Shown: piece after piece, positions 1-12,953 of the stretch
Layout of the letters: each line of letters opens with the position of its first letter
Position numbering within the stretch: position 1 is the stretch's first letter
Source: Botryllus schlosseri
Taxonomy: Eukaryota
NCBI GenBank assembly: GCA_051294905.1
Contig: CM119372.1
Span: 26,910,001 to 26,974,000 of the forward strand
Length of the DNA stretch: 64,000 bases
Reading direction: 5' to 3'
Program-made: the position numbers and the translations under genes
The notes under the pieces: generated by a model
Database searches by the model: none
What the model was told of the DNA's origin: nothing
The model's input: the letters and a program-made list of their open reading frames with translations, nothing else

Positions 1-830
1 CGTGGAACCTTCCATCTTGCTCTTCACTCTAATTTCCAAGATGATCAGGAAACATATCTGAACAGGACGTGAACTTCCATGCTCATGCTCATGTTTGCTC
101 CAAGTTTTCCATATGCAGATACCAACTTTCGGACCAACTGTTTGTAGTTAGGTGCTTTGTGCTCTTACAAAAAGTTTGTTTGCAATATCCTAGGAGGAAT
201 TACGTGCGATGAGCTCCGATCTCAATATATAATTTGAATCTCTCATCCTCATTCGAATCCAATGTCCATCAAAGATACCAGCTTGAAGCTTCGTGATGCT
301 AATTGTTTTCTCAGCAGAAAATTGCCCATTTACAAGTCTAAAGGGATGAGACGCATATCATTATTCTAGTTTAGTTAGTCATTGACAAATTGGAAAGCTT
401 TTACTCCACTTTCATATTGGTAAAATAACCAATTAGTACAAGAGAACATGAATTTCCGCTGTGCATAAGTACCATTTTAGGCATACAAACTTCTTTTTTG
501 ACTAACAAAAATCTTGCATCAGGTCTTGTTCATATTGATTGAATAAGTGAGGACCACATGGGATTCTTCGTAGTCAATAAACCTCTTATGTGCAGTATAA
601 AGGTAAAAGGCTACGATTTACTTCCTACTAAGTGAAATACTTAGGGGGTGAATACAGTATTTGGGCTTGTGGGGTATACGCATCTTCCAAACTAGTGAAA
701 ATTTGGCGTAACTAATGTGATATTCGTTATCGGCAACCTTGAAAAGCCCAGAAACGACTCCTAGATGTTCTGCCATTTTTTTTTCATTTAGCTGGTTAGT
801 GATATTCATTCGTGAGGATAAAGCAGGAAT
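1..830 (-). pseudogene. Degraded DNA transposase remnant, Chapaev3-like (CMC group)
   Basis: Minus-strand fragments across frameshifts and stops read LKMVLMHSGN, KLQAGIFDGHWIR, KAPNYKQLVRKLVSAYGKLGANMS..KVH and SEEQDGRFH. These match motifs I recall from Chapaev3-type transposases (KLKAGIFDGPQIR; LGCNMSLKIH; SDEQGERFH). Runs off the left edge. Confidence 0.7.
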
Positions 831-1087
831 ACTCCATTCTCGCTCTAAGATTTTCGAGGAGGTATCTTTGTGAAAATATGGACCGGAAGAAATTTTACTA
901 TCCCACATAGCATATTAATATGTCGATTGCAACACGAATAGATAAACAGGAATGCAAATCAAACCTATTCTGTGTTCGGATATTGAAAGACGGAAGCGTT
1001 TCTAACCAATAACTATTGCAATTGTATCAAGTACGATTTCATTTGATGATCAATGTCACGATTAAGTGGAATCACTATTGCGTTCAG

Positions 1088-2326
1088 ATAAGCAATATAT
1101 TGCTTGATTGCACAGAAGAAGAAGTTATCGATTGGTCTTTGATTGAAAATTTCTCGAAGAAGATTCAGGTTGGATTCTTCATTTGATTTTAGATGCTCTC
1201 AAATACTTTTTGTAGTTTCTTGTCATTTCCTTGGGCATCAGATCCGATAATCGCTTCGGTGACTCTGTTCATGTTCAGGAATAATTGTTTCGGTGATGTT
1301 TTCGTATCTCATATTGAATGATCTCTCTTTGTCAATTTTAGGCTCCGCTCCTGAATATTGCTGTGAATGGCCAGACATCTGCCGATGATTACAAGAGAAT
1401 TTTGGAAGGCGGAATGAAATTTTCTGTTTTTATCAATATCCATGCAATGTTTTATCTTGGGAAAGATGATCATTCCGGAATGATAGTTGAGGCTTGTCAG
1501 CAAAACAAGGTAGTATTTTTCATCTGGTTTCACAAGTTATGAAAGTGCATATTCCACATCGTTTGCGCCTTTTTCATTGAAATTGGTCGTACATTGCTAG
1601 TCTCATTCCCATTAATTCACCCGAAACTATCTACCTTAGTTACAGATTTGGCGGTTTCTAGTAAATACGCACGTCTAAAGTATCTCGTAACAAATTATTG
1701 CCCACGATGAAAATACCAACAATAGCGACAAGCGTCACTATGATTCGCAACATTACTACTAATTATTTATCTCCCATCACAGATCAAATATATCAGATGC
1801 ATATTCAGCAATGGATGTTGTGCTTCATTCGATGAGATTTCATCTCTCGTAAACAACTCTAATTTAAAGAATGTCACATTGATATACACCGGAGAAGATG
1901 ATATGTTGAAAGGAGATGAGCTGAAAAAAATGCGGACGATTTCAAATGATCTCGGCACTGAGTTGGAAGTTACACAATTACAATGTGAGTCGGTGTTCGG
2001 GTGCAGCGTACTTCAAATTAGTTGTAATCATTATAATTCATAACGGTCGGTGTCACCTCGCTGATCAATATCATAATTATTGGACAAACAATCGAAACAA
2101 AGCTAGACTAAGTTGATCATGCTACTCAAGTTGAAAAAATCGCAATCTCATACTCTACCAAATGTTCTTTTATATAAAAGGTCGTCGAACATACCACAGT
2201 TCTTCAGGATTTTTTTCGATCGTGTGGGGCATAAATGAAATCTGTATCCGGTTTACACATCATTTGGATAGACAGCTGATTCTGGACTTGCATCGAATCA
2301 CAGAGACATGCTATAATCAAAAATAG
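1088..2326 (+). CDS. 3' part of a spliced host gene, degenerate LRR-like protein (possible NLR C-terminus); exons 1088-1168, 1342-1509, 1783-1984, 2181-2326
   Basis: Each exon has an AG acceptor, and the first three have GT donors (gttgga, gtagta, gtgagt). Phases are compatible (0,0,1), introns are 173, 273 and 196 bp, and the joined frame is open for 198 codons to TAG at 2324-2326 (ISNILLDCTEEEVIDWSLIENFSKKIQ / APLLNIAVNG...EACQQNK / IKYIRCIFSNG...LKNVTLIY...). Phase-0 exons of 81 and 168 bp fit ~28-aa LRR units. The product is inferred; the last exon is the least certain. Confidence 0.65.
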
Positions 2327-3174
2327 CTTTGTCACTGTCCAAATACTACGAGTAAAATGTCATGTCGATGGAATTATTATGAAGCGCTTGCGTTTTATAT
2401 GAATGACCAGTTCGTGCAACAGCCCTAATTCATTCGAGTCCGACAATTAACACTTACAATGTTATCAAAGCATCTATAACTCGTGTGCCATGCATGACCT
2501 GCCATTGTCACGATAGTTTACTGATAACGTACACATATTTTAACCTTTTCCTAATATAGGACTATATAATTTGGTTAGGGACAACGAATATATTCACACG
2601 TCAGATGAGATCGTAGTGGATTCAATTTATTACTTACGTCGTCAAATTATTATCAGACCTGTTATTTTTGGAGTCTGAACAGCTAAACGCCATCTGCACC
2701 CAAACATGAGCATCGAACAATTGATAATTGGATAAAACTAGTTGGACCTGTTTCACTCATATCATCGTTTTGAATTATTAAGATTCGAACATTTAAAGTG
2801 ACGTCACCAATTTTCATTGGCACTCAACCATTCTACGCATTGTGATTTCCAGCGCCACACTTTACTTCCGCAATCTCCACTGTCAGAACGAGCACCCACT
2901 GCTGATTTGAAACAGCAGTTGGAATCATGTGACGCAGACATGAGTGACTATATATTATTTGAATGGTAAACCCAGCCAGCAAACTGGGATTTCGAACCTA
3001 TATCGCTAAAAATAAATACAATTTAGGGACAAGAAGAGCGAAAATTATTATTTTTTCCTTCTTACAACTCGCTTCGAACGCATGAACGGTTTCAGATAAT
3101 ACACAATATGTTAAGAGCCGGCAGAACAAAACTCTTAAGAGGCAGACGTCTTTTACTGAATGTATCTTATAGTT

Positions 3175-4334
3175 CAGGGGTGGCCAAACGTTTGAGCTCG
3201 CTGGCCGCATTCAACATCTGAATTCATTGGCGGGCCGCACTGTATAAATTGGGATTATAAACCAAAACGCAATATTAGTATTTGATTATATAGGGACCAT
3301 ATGGAGATGGTATATATGCTAATTTAAAAGAAACCCAACATTGCTTTGATGATATCGTACACGCGTCAGAAACAGTGGTGAGATTTTATAGGCATGTCGA
3401 CCTCAATAACCAATTTGTCAAAACTATAGTGATGACAGTCGGTTGTCCCAATTCTTAGAACAGGATTGAAATGTAGATCTGTGAGCAGCGATCTGCTCAT
3501 AGATTTACTAAATCCACTTTCGTTCAGTTCCTGGACACACAATGCTGACAGCATCAAAACCATGTTAGCTTCAAACAGGCTGCTATACTATGTGTAGCTA
3601 AAATATAAATACCCTAATTCTACGCATACAGAAAACGAATCTACCTAAGACACGGGCGAATCGTTTTTTTTTCTTAAGCTCATACCTGAAATAACTAAAA
3701 CTGGAGAGGCCAATCTGAAATCACACTCGTGAACCGCATTATATCAATCTAATTTAGGAATTCTGTGTTGTTTAGCAGTTGAAACCTATCGAACTGCGTG
3801 GTCCCTGAGATCTGACTGTCGCGCCAGAAGTTAAACATAAAATATAATATAGGAAGTATTTACCTTGGAACAATGGTTCACAAAATTTTTAAGACACGCC
3901 CCCCTCCCCCCTTATGATGGTGAAAGATTTCGCCCCCTTATCGTCATATCACAAATGCAACCAGGATGCTAGCAAACCTAACGGATAGTTTGATGGCATG
4001 GAAGGTTACGACTGTGAATGAGATATTTTTAGATATGAAATTCAGACTAAATGCGGAGCAATAATCATGAATTGGATGTAAGTCGCGCGAAGCGCGAAAA
4101 AAAAATCAGTTGAGCTCAGCTTAAACGTGCCCCTCAGTTTGAAAACCACTGTCTTAGAGTTATCATGGTGAAATATACTAAGAGAATGTTCAATCAAGTC
4201 CCTGCATTAATTCGATTATAAGTAGGGTACGCATTTTAGCAATATTTTTAATAAGTTTCTTTAGACTCTCGCGGGCCACACAGAACGGTGTTGCGGGCCG
4301 CATGCGGCCCGCGGGCTGTAATTTGCCACCCCTC
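3175..4334. mobile_element. hAT-type non-autonomous element (GCGGGCCGCA family) containing a nested MITE at 3871-4151
   Basis: Starts CAGGGGTGGCCAAAC, ends TTTGCCACCCCTC; perfect 8-bp TSD TTATAGTT; GCGGGCCGCA subterminal motifs. Confidence 0.85.
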
Positions 4335-5309
4335 TTATAGTTGTATTGTATATTTTATCTCATTTTAGCATTTCGACAAAATCGTGATGGCTGTCGGCTC
4401 CTCGACTACAAATTCCATAACAGGTGAGTTGATTTCGCTAAAATTTAGAATAGAGACATATCCTTCCACTTCATGGTCGATCAATTGTCATATACACCCT
4501 GTTAGAAACAACAATGTTACGAATATTATTAATTGCCTTGACGTGAAATGGTCCAAACACTTCCAAGACCGAGACGCTTGGAAAACGGCTTAGGGCTTCC
4601 CCACAAGATCAAGCTTTGCGTGGAGATGGTCTTTCAGCTGGTAACGTAACTCACTAGCCCCAATATTGATTCCTTAGTCACTAAAAATCGTTCCAGGTAT
4701 CGTGCGCAGCTCAGAGTTCAAAATAAAATGAAATTGATTAAAATGATTTTTAGTTGTATTTGTATATTTCTTCTTTTGTGGTCACCCTGCCCATCGCCTA
4801 TGTTAAGTAGCACGGCGTTGTACTGACGTAAAGTTTTTAAACGTGGTGGCCGCACGCGGCCGCTACTAAATTTGAAGAGTGGCCCGCAGCCCGTTTTGAG
4901 CCGGCGACCACTGATTTAAATATCATTAAATCTGTATAATCAATTATGACGTTCCGATGTCGGGCGCGACATGGATTTTTGGAAATGATCAAGTTGGTTC
5001 AGTTAACAGTAAATCATGTCAATGCCTAATACTATGATCGATATTCGACAATCACGTGCGATTTCGATGCACAATGACTCACTGCCGCAGATCACATTCT
5101 CATTCATATTTGATACGGGGGAAGTCGCGAAATAATATTGTCGGATTGTTCAGCTTCTGTAATGAGGAAATATAGTTCATGGTCATAATATTTATTCGTA
5201 TATTTATTCGTCTATTTTATGAAGACCAAAAAAAGAGACATTTATTCAATACGGTTGGAATTTGAAGTAATTCCGTATATTTCTCCGAAGGTACAAGAAG
5301 AATAGGAAT

Positions 5310-6568
5310 AGGTCGTTGTACATTTCTGTCCTTGGTGTGTTTGGCATATACACCGATTCATGTTATCAGGGCCTAAACAGCACTTCGTCAGCCTCCCCCC
5401 CCCAAAGAAGTTAGTCTCGGGCTCCCAACAGATGCGATAAAGCATACTTATGGAGGGCTTCTCCCCCCAGATACCCCCCCCCCCCCCCATCAGACCGGAC
5501 CTTTTCATCACTACTGGTCAGCGAGATTTGTTGTACCAATTGGTTAGTGAGTCTGCTTATATCGCTAATCGCACCAAGCGCGATCATTTTCTATAATTCA
5601 TGATTGAATCGGTCATTCTAATGGGGAATTTCATATATATTGCTATCAATATTTTTATCCTCTTTCTGCTCACGTGATCAGATTTACCGATATAGATGAG
5701 TGATGTGTTGTTTTAGAGATAGGGGCGCTAAATGATATAATTAAATATATTCGGGCGGACCCGTTGGTATAACGACTTCGTAACATGACGATATTTTGTG
5801 ACCTCATGTCTGCTACGATGGCAAAAGATATTGAAATAGCCCAAACGTATCAAACTAAAAAACGCACACGACTTCAAATTGGGATTTCTTCACTGTTATT
5901 CAGTGTTTTTTTGGGTTCAGATTGATAGGACAGGAACATTCGACGCCAGCCATTTAGGCCCCTATGAACTATTAAACATAGATGTATTTATATCGAAGTT
6001 TTCGGTAAGCATATGGGCAGTCCTTTTCAGCAAAGGGTTTCTCTCTGCCGATCGTTCTGGCATAGGATACTTCTCCGAGTTGCATGTTACGTGGCCTAAA
6101 ACTTCATACGTCTTGGTGCGACGTGGCGGGGTAATGGCCGTCGCCCATTTCGTTAAATCATGCGTGTTTTTTGGGGAGGGATAGCTAATTAATTGGGAAC
6201 TGTAAATTGCGCGCAGCGAGAATTTATTTTGTAAAAGCTGCAAAAAGTTTCAAAAAAGTACTCTATAATTTATTTTACTTCACGAATTAATTTTAAGCTC
6301 CCTTCGAGATCACCCAGTATAGGGAAGTTTGGGCAACGGCAATTACGATCCTGCATGTACACGATCTGTGCATATGTGCATACTGAATACTGACTGGGTA
6401 TGCCGCTGGACAAGGTGTAAGTCTTGCACCACCAGTCCATGCTACCCCGTCACTGCTGAGTGCCAAGCGGGGGAGTCATGGATAACAATTCTTTGGTCCA
6501 AATCGGTCAGGGATCGAACCCACGACCTATACCCCGCCCGACGCTTCACCATTCGGCTATCTTGTCGG
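5310..6568 (-). mobile_element. tRNA-derived SINE (family 1) split by a hAT-like element at 5367-6353
   Basis: 5310-5366 and 6354-6568 are colinear with the SINE at 32450-32777 (B-box GGTTCGATCCC on minus). The insert runs CAGGGCC...ACGATCCTG and is homologous to 26718-27554 and 37012-37430. Confidence 0.75.
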
Positions 6569-7630
6569 TGGAATAGTCGAAACGCAGGTTTGACAAGTAC
6601 TCAAGTATTGTTATAGAAGTAATGCTTGGAGTTTCATCGGTTGATCCCCGGTGTAAATTAGGAATCTCCTAAATCCATCTCTGTGAATACCGCAACATCA
6701 CCAATTGTTCCTCCAATAAATGTGAATTTAAAAGAAAATTATATTCTTTATGTTGAATAATGTTCATGGTGTTGCGATGTCTTGTTCATTTAAAACTTGT
6801 GCTCCGATTGTCGAATTGCTAGCCTACTATGAGCTGGACACGTTCTGTTGTGTCTCACGCCGGTATTGTTACTCTGCGCTGTCATTGCACGTAACAAAAC
6901 TGAATTTCACATCTCTTCGGGATTGTGCAGGGGTCCTGGTGATCTGATATCATTGGTGTTTTGATATATGGACTTCTCCATGTGTCATTCCAATGTCATG
7001 AGAGGTAAAGCTTTGCATGCTTGTACTTCACCTGTGCGTTACTTCTCCTTTAGCGCTAGATTTTTCAACAATAAATATACAAATATCGTGATTTCCAGTG
7101 TAAAAATGTTCAAATTTTACTTATTCGTGAATATCGATAGGTAGGCTATATTCCTATTATAGTCATTGTAGGTTTACACAATTTACTTTTGCTCGTCCTG
7201 TCGACAAATGAGGACTTGCCAAGATTGACTTCTCTTACGGCACGCCACTGATTAGATGTTTAATGTGGTAGATTATTGTTTTGGTGACTCAACCAAAATG
7301 TGAAGTTTCCGATACATATTAACGTAACTGTTTCCCAGGTTGGTAAAGGTTAAGAACCACAACCATTCTGGCATGTCAGGTTATCGTTATGAATTATAAA
7401 AAATTAGAGTGGCACTATAATCACTGGTTGAGGCCTTGTGCGCCGCGGACTACTACTGCGCAAACAAATTCGGAAAAACGGTATACAGATAGTCTTACTA
7501 CTAGAGTGAACAAATTTGGCTATAGCGGAAGATGGGGCTGAACTTGGTAAAAGACGGTTGAGCCAAGTACACAAGTCGCGCAGACATGTGCGATGAAATT
7601 TGTGTTTCGCAAGCACAATAACGAAATGAC

Positions 7631-8198
7631 CAAAGTTGTAATGACTCGAGTCACGTTTTTCAGATGACTCGACTTGACTCGAGTCATTTTCTCAAAATAC
7701 TGAAATGACTCGACTCGACTCGAGTCAATTTGTGTATTGACTCGACTTGGACTCGAGTCATTGCGCATGACTCGAACCAAGTCATATGACTCGAGACTCA
7801 GACCATCAAGACCGACGTTTCATTGTAATTTCAAGGAATAGTAAAGTAATTACACTATTGGGATTTCGTCTATTGGTACTGGTACTTGAAAATGCGTCCA
7901 GAAACTGCTAAAAATGACGAAAATTAGTATATTATAAATGCGAACCATTCGATATCACCAACCAGAATTACAAAAAGTGGACTTAACAAGCCTTTAAATG
8001 GAAACTGGGCAGTCAACACAATGACTTTGACTCGACTCGAGTCACAATACCATGACTCGGACTTGACCCTCTGCTTGGTGACTTGTACTCGGACTTGACT
8101 CGGTGGTGAATTGAAAATGACTCGACTTGACTCGAGTCAAAACTATAAAACAGAGATTGACTTGTGACTCGGAGCATTGCGACTTGGTTACAACCCTG
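7631..8198. mobile_element. hAT-type MITE with GACTC(G/T) subterminal repeats
   Basis: Ends CAAAGTTGTAA / TTACAACCCTG; perfect TSD GAAATGAC; dense GACTCGA/GACTTGA motifs at both ends. Confidence 0.85.
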
Positions 8199-10420
8199 GA
8201 AATGACACACACTTTTGGGTATCCTACATGAAATATTGTGACTTAACCAGCTTAATCGTTATAATGGCTTCCAATATGCGTTCAAGGCTCAAGTCCCAAG
8301 TATAGAAAAATAAATGTAATTGTGAGTAATCGTGATTACCTTTCCCAAGTAATTGTATTTGACTACTTCGAGATTTTGTTATAATCGTAATCGTATTGGT
8401 AATCACGTGATTCGATTACATTCATACAGTAATCACCCCATGTCTGATCACTACCTCACTTAAACGTCAATTCCAAAACGTACATAGCCTGTGATGTGTT
8501 TCGTATGCTTTGTTACGGCCAATACAGGTTTCAAGGTGTTCACGATGGTAAAATGATAGCAGCTATATAATCTCTGTTGCTAATTTAACTCTAACTGGAA
8601 ATGACCATATCATTAGAGGATTCTATTAGACTCAAATCATTGCATTTAGTCGTTTCAGATTACGTCACTGCACTGTAAAAACTGTGGCAACCTTACAGAG
8701 GTGTTTCAAAAATCACCAAAATGAGGGGGTATTTTTCCCCACCCCAAGAGGTTGGTGGGCTAGGAGGGACATTTTCATCCCCTATCCTATCGCTAAACCA
8801 CCTCATCATCCTATCCAGATACCACCTCACCATATCTGGATATCTTCGTCAAACGACCTAGATGCACCCAAAATATATCCACATTAAATCGTCATAATTC
8901 ACGTCGACATAAATCACAACATCGCCATTATTCCAAAACTTTATTTGGTTTGGTGCGAACAGCAGAACTCATCTCTTTCACGGGCAGTGTGCCAGACCTA
9001 ACACGAAAGTGAGGGAATTTCTGATGTTTGTCGAAAACGGTCAGTCGAATATCCAGTGGACTGAAAGCATCACCGCAAATGCCTCATGAAATCTGTTGAT
9101 ATCTCCCACTTTCTCCCCATCAAAGTAGATGGCCCCCTCATTTTTTTCCACAGCAGAAACAATTGTAAGGTATAGGCTGATTTGGGCATCTAAAGAAAGG
9201 TTTCGTAGTGTTAAACAGGTTAAAAATTGATATTGGCAGCGTATTAGAACTACTGAAAAATACTTACTCACTTGAGTAGTATCAAAAGACAGTCAAACTA
9301 CTTTTGCTTGAGGCTGCTTTAAAACAAGACTTGTACTTGAGTAAAATTCTGCGTCCCTACTTTTACTTCATTATGGCCTTGCTAACTACTTTCACCGCCT
9401 CTGGCTCGGGCACATGACCAATACGTGGACTTGACAACCTGGTGTTGGTCAGCAGCTCACGTTGACACCAACATTTTGTCGTCACCACTGACCTCTTTTT
9501 GACTGTCCAGTGCTGCGGGTTGGACACCCTCAAAAGTTTTTAAATTTGTAACTCTGTTTTACTTCAACTGCCATCTGTCCTGTCATTACTTATATTGAGT
9601 AAGTTGGGAATATGCATCTATCAAGTTGAAAAGTTGTCACCTTCGAATTACAGCTAAAATTATGCAATCAGTTCTACTTTTCGAAAAAGCTGTAGGCTAC
9701 TTCTAAAGATTCACACTTGAAGTTTATAACACTAACATGGATTGGAGATCACCACTTCTATACTTGTAATAGCCTAAATGTGATGATCTATCTGGGCTTA
9801 AAAATTAGGTTATCATCCATATTGCCAATTCGGTGCGTGGACAGTGGACACCCTGAAATTGCTTTCCGAAACGCCATTTGACACCACTGCTTCACTGAGA
9901 CTGCGATGAAAAGGAAGCATAGGCTTGTCAACAGCAGGGCGTTTGAGCAGGAGTAAATGTTCAAATGCTCCTATCTGATCTTATTTCATCGGTTGCAGCT
10001 ATAGAAGATATGACTGCTCTGCTGTCGAATTCCCAGCAACGTGATTAGTTATGAAAGATTGCCAGACTAAAAACGATTTCATAGCAATGGGCTATATACC
10101 GTTGAAAAGAATGTGTTTGAACTATAATTACATAGTTGCTATGAAATTCAAAGTTTGGTAATTTTCACCGTGGGGAAAACGTTTCAACTAGGACTGTCGA
10201 ATCGTTCTGACAATCCTGAATTATGTATACTTGAAATCAAACAACTACTTGATAATATCGATAAATATTCGTACCTGATCAACCAGGAAGAAGTTGGAAT
10301 ATTTTTCGCCGAAAATGGTAGGTAAACTAACCATCCAGTCTAGATCTTCAGATTCTGTAATACAAAATACAACTTACAGGGCATAAGTGTGTTGTTTACT
10401 AAGGAGGTATTGGTATAGAT

Positions 10421-11012
10421 CAGGGATGACCAACCTTTTTGCTGTTCACGGCCTCATTTTCTAATATTAAAACAGCCTACGGCAGCATTCGAGCACACGG
10501 TCGTAATGCACCAAGTTGACGCCAAATATCCGCATTAAATTGTTTATTACGTCCATTTACGACAGGGGCGTAAATTTTCGAAGAAACCACTTGCTCATAC
10601 AAGCACCAATATCACTGATCAAATTCATTGATTTATTCAAAAACATTTCGCGCTTCGCGCGACTAGAAGCCACATGCAAGCTGATTTTTTATCACATTCA
10701 TATCGCCGATTTAGGATCGCTCGTGAGTTGGTCGCCTAATACCAGATATAGTTCGCATCTGCAAGAAAGTGTGCGTCTGTGAATTGTATGTACAAAGGGT
10801 AGTGCAGGGTAGGATGGACGGATCTGTGGCGCGTACCCACGGGGGAAGTTCCCCAAAGCTCATAAAAAAAATTCAGGAATCCGACCCGTCTTATCTTGAT
10901 GTTCCCCTGTCCGGCCCGCCCGGTCGAGAAGTTGCCCCTCTGATTTACGGTATACTCCGAGCTCACACATTTATTCATATCGGCTTCTGAGGCTACAGGT
11001 TGGCCACCCCTG
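10421..11012. mobile_element. hAT-type MITE
   Basis: TIR CAGGGATGACCAACC / GGTTGGCCACCCCTG; TSD only partly conserved (GTATAGAT/ACATATAT). Confidence 0.65.
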
Positions 11013-11089
11013 ACATATATTAAAAATGGCACAAAAACTGATGGCACGTCCTTATGTTGATTGCTGTACAATTGAACATGACTAATGAA

Positions 11090-12289
11090 TAGGGCGATTT
11101 TTTTTGACATGTCAAAAAAAGTCAAAATAACGTCAAAATTTCAACGTTAAGTCAAAAAAAGTCAAATTTGTTTACAAAGACAAAATTTTTCGAAACCTGC
11201 ATTTCATTTGTATCGTAGATTTTGCACAATCGGTGAACTTATCGTTTGACATTTTACAGCTTGTAGCCTACTTTATAGGCCTACCGTTGCAGACAGCGCA
11301 TTGTCTGCTCATTGTGAATCATAAACACTGTCAAAAGAAACAAATAGGTTAACACGGTGTTACGCTCAACGTACCGCAATATCCTAAATGAAGCAAGACT
11401 GCGTGGGCATTGCATGGTTCTTACATCTTTATGAAAAATTGAGATGTACACCATTGCCAGAATGAAGCAACACGGTGTGTCACCAGCAGTGTACGCTCGC
11501 ACAACTTCAGTGTTGTCAGCCAACAGCTGCTACAGCTGAACGTTTTTTCTGCATTCTTGTTGTTGTTGTTTGTATATTCATGGTGTTTGTCGACTACAAT
11601 GGTCATTTACATCAGGCCGATATTCCTTATTTTCGATTCCGTATCTGCCGATTTGTAGCACGGCCCACTTCTATGCTTTTTGTAAGACACCGCTTACGCG
11701 GATGAGATGGCGAGGAGGAACCTAGATAAACCTTCAACACTTGGGTAGGAATTCCGGAGTCGACCTCGGTCGGACAATAGAACCCACAACCCATTGGTGT
11801 TGTAGCTGTGAATTATCCCACTACGCTATCTCGCCACATCTCCATTCTTGGCAAGCTACCTAGTAAAGACAGACACTTTTTACCCGAGAATCAGTGATAT
11901 CTAGAACTAGATATCTAGATATTCCACCGAGAATGTAGGAAAGTATCTTTCGTTGTACTACAACAATTTTGAATTATTTTCATCATAGTACGTCATGTAC
12001 TGGAATTCATCATAGGGCCAGATTTTGTTAAAACAATATTTTGTGATGTGAAAATTTGTCAGTTTTTGAGTCTAAACGTTTTTTCAGGGAAAACTACTTC
12101 GTAAGGACAGACAGCTCAAACAAGAGAGGAGGATAAGTAGTTCAATTCTATCATTTTTAAGAAAACACCTAATTTGCATACGTTAGGTCAAAATTTGGTC
12201 AAGATTTAGTTTTTTAAGGTCAAAACATGTCAAAATTTAGATTTTTTAGGTCAAAATCTTTCGTTTTATAGGTCAGAAAAATCGCCCTA
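11090..12289. mobile_element. hAT-type MITE with GTCAAAA repeats, interrupted by a SINE
   Basis: TIR TAGGGCGATTTTT / AAAAATCGCCCTA; perfect TSD CTAATGAA; uninterrupted homolog at 48972-49817. Confidence 0.9.
11560..11842 (-). mobile_element. tRNA-derived SINE (family 2)
   Basis: Flanked by direct repeat CATTCTTG (11552-11559, 11843-11850); (CAA)n tail; reverse-complement homolog at 34410-34690; absent from the 48972 copy of the host MITE. Confidence 0.8.
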
Positions 12290-12953
12290 CTAATGAACAT
12301 TTAGAGCAAATAATGGATGACAATTAATTACTTGTTTGCATAATTGACGAGATCGTTAGTTCTGTTAAAACCAACAGAACTACAACAACTCACCAGAACT
12401 ATTGTTTCCGTCATGAGTACCTGGCGTCAAAATGAGGGGATGTTCGACAGCATATCTAATGGATCACTCAATTTCTCCGCAATGCAATATCTACCTGGAT
12501 ACAGAGATGTGTACTTATGGTAGCAGGGATACTGAAGGAACCAAAATTGGCTTTGCAGCATTGCGTTTCAAACTGTGAGATGGCATGCACTTTTGCGAAT
12601 GAAAATTGTGCATATACTTTACTTTTTCGGGCGTGGAATTTTCAAATTACCTTGATAGGACATTCCGTACAGTGACACCCAAACTTAGTCGTCATGAAGC
12701 ATTTTTGAAAGCTGCTGGACTTGCGACACACCACCAATCGTAGTTCTTAAACAGAACAATGTTGTCTCGCACCAGCAAGAGTGAATGTTTGAGAACTATC
12801 AATATTACGTAATCAAAAGCAGGTAGGGGAAGACCAGGGGTGGAATTACCAAACAAAAACCGCACTGCAGAATTCGGTATTACAAAACATGAATATACCC
12901 ACGAGCCACTGTTACCAGTGAATTCGACATAAGAAATGAAACACCTATCGCTC

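Noticed and set aside
1309..1958. Minus-strand ORFs 1309-1533 and 1767-1958 from the track
   Set aside because: They are antisense shadows of the + strand exons, which have splice signals and phase continuity.
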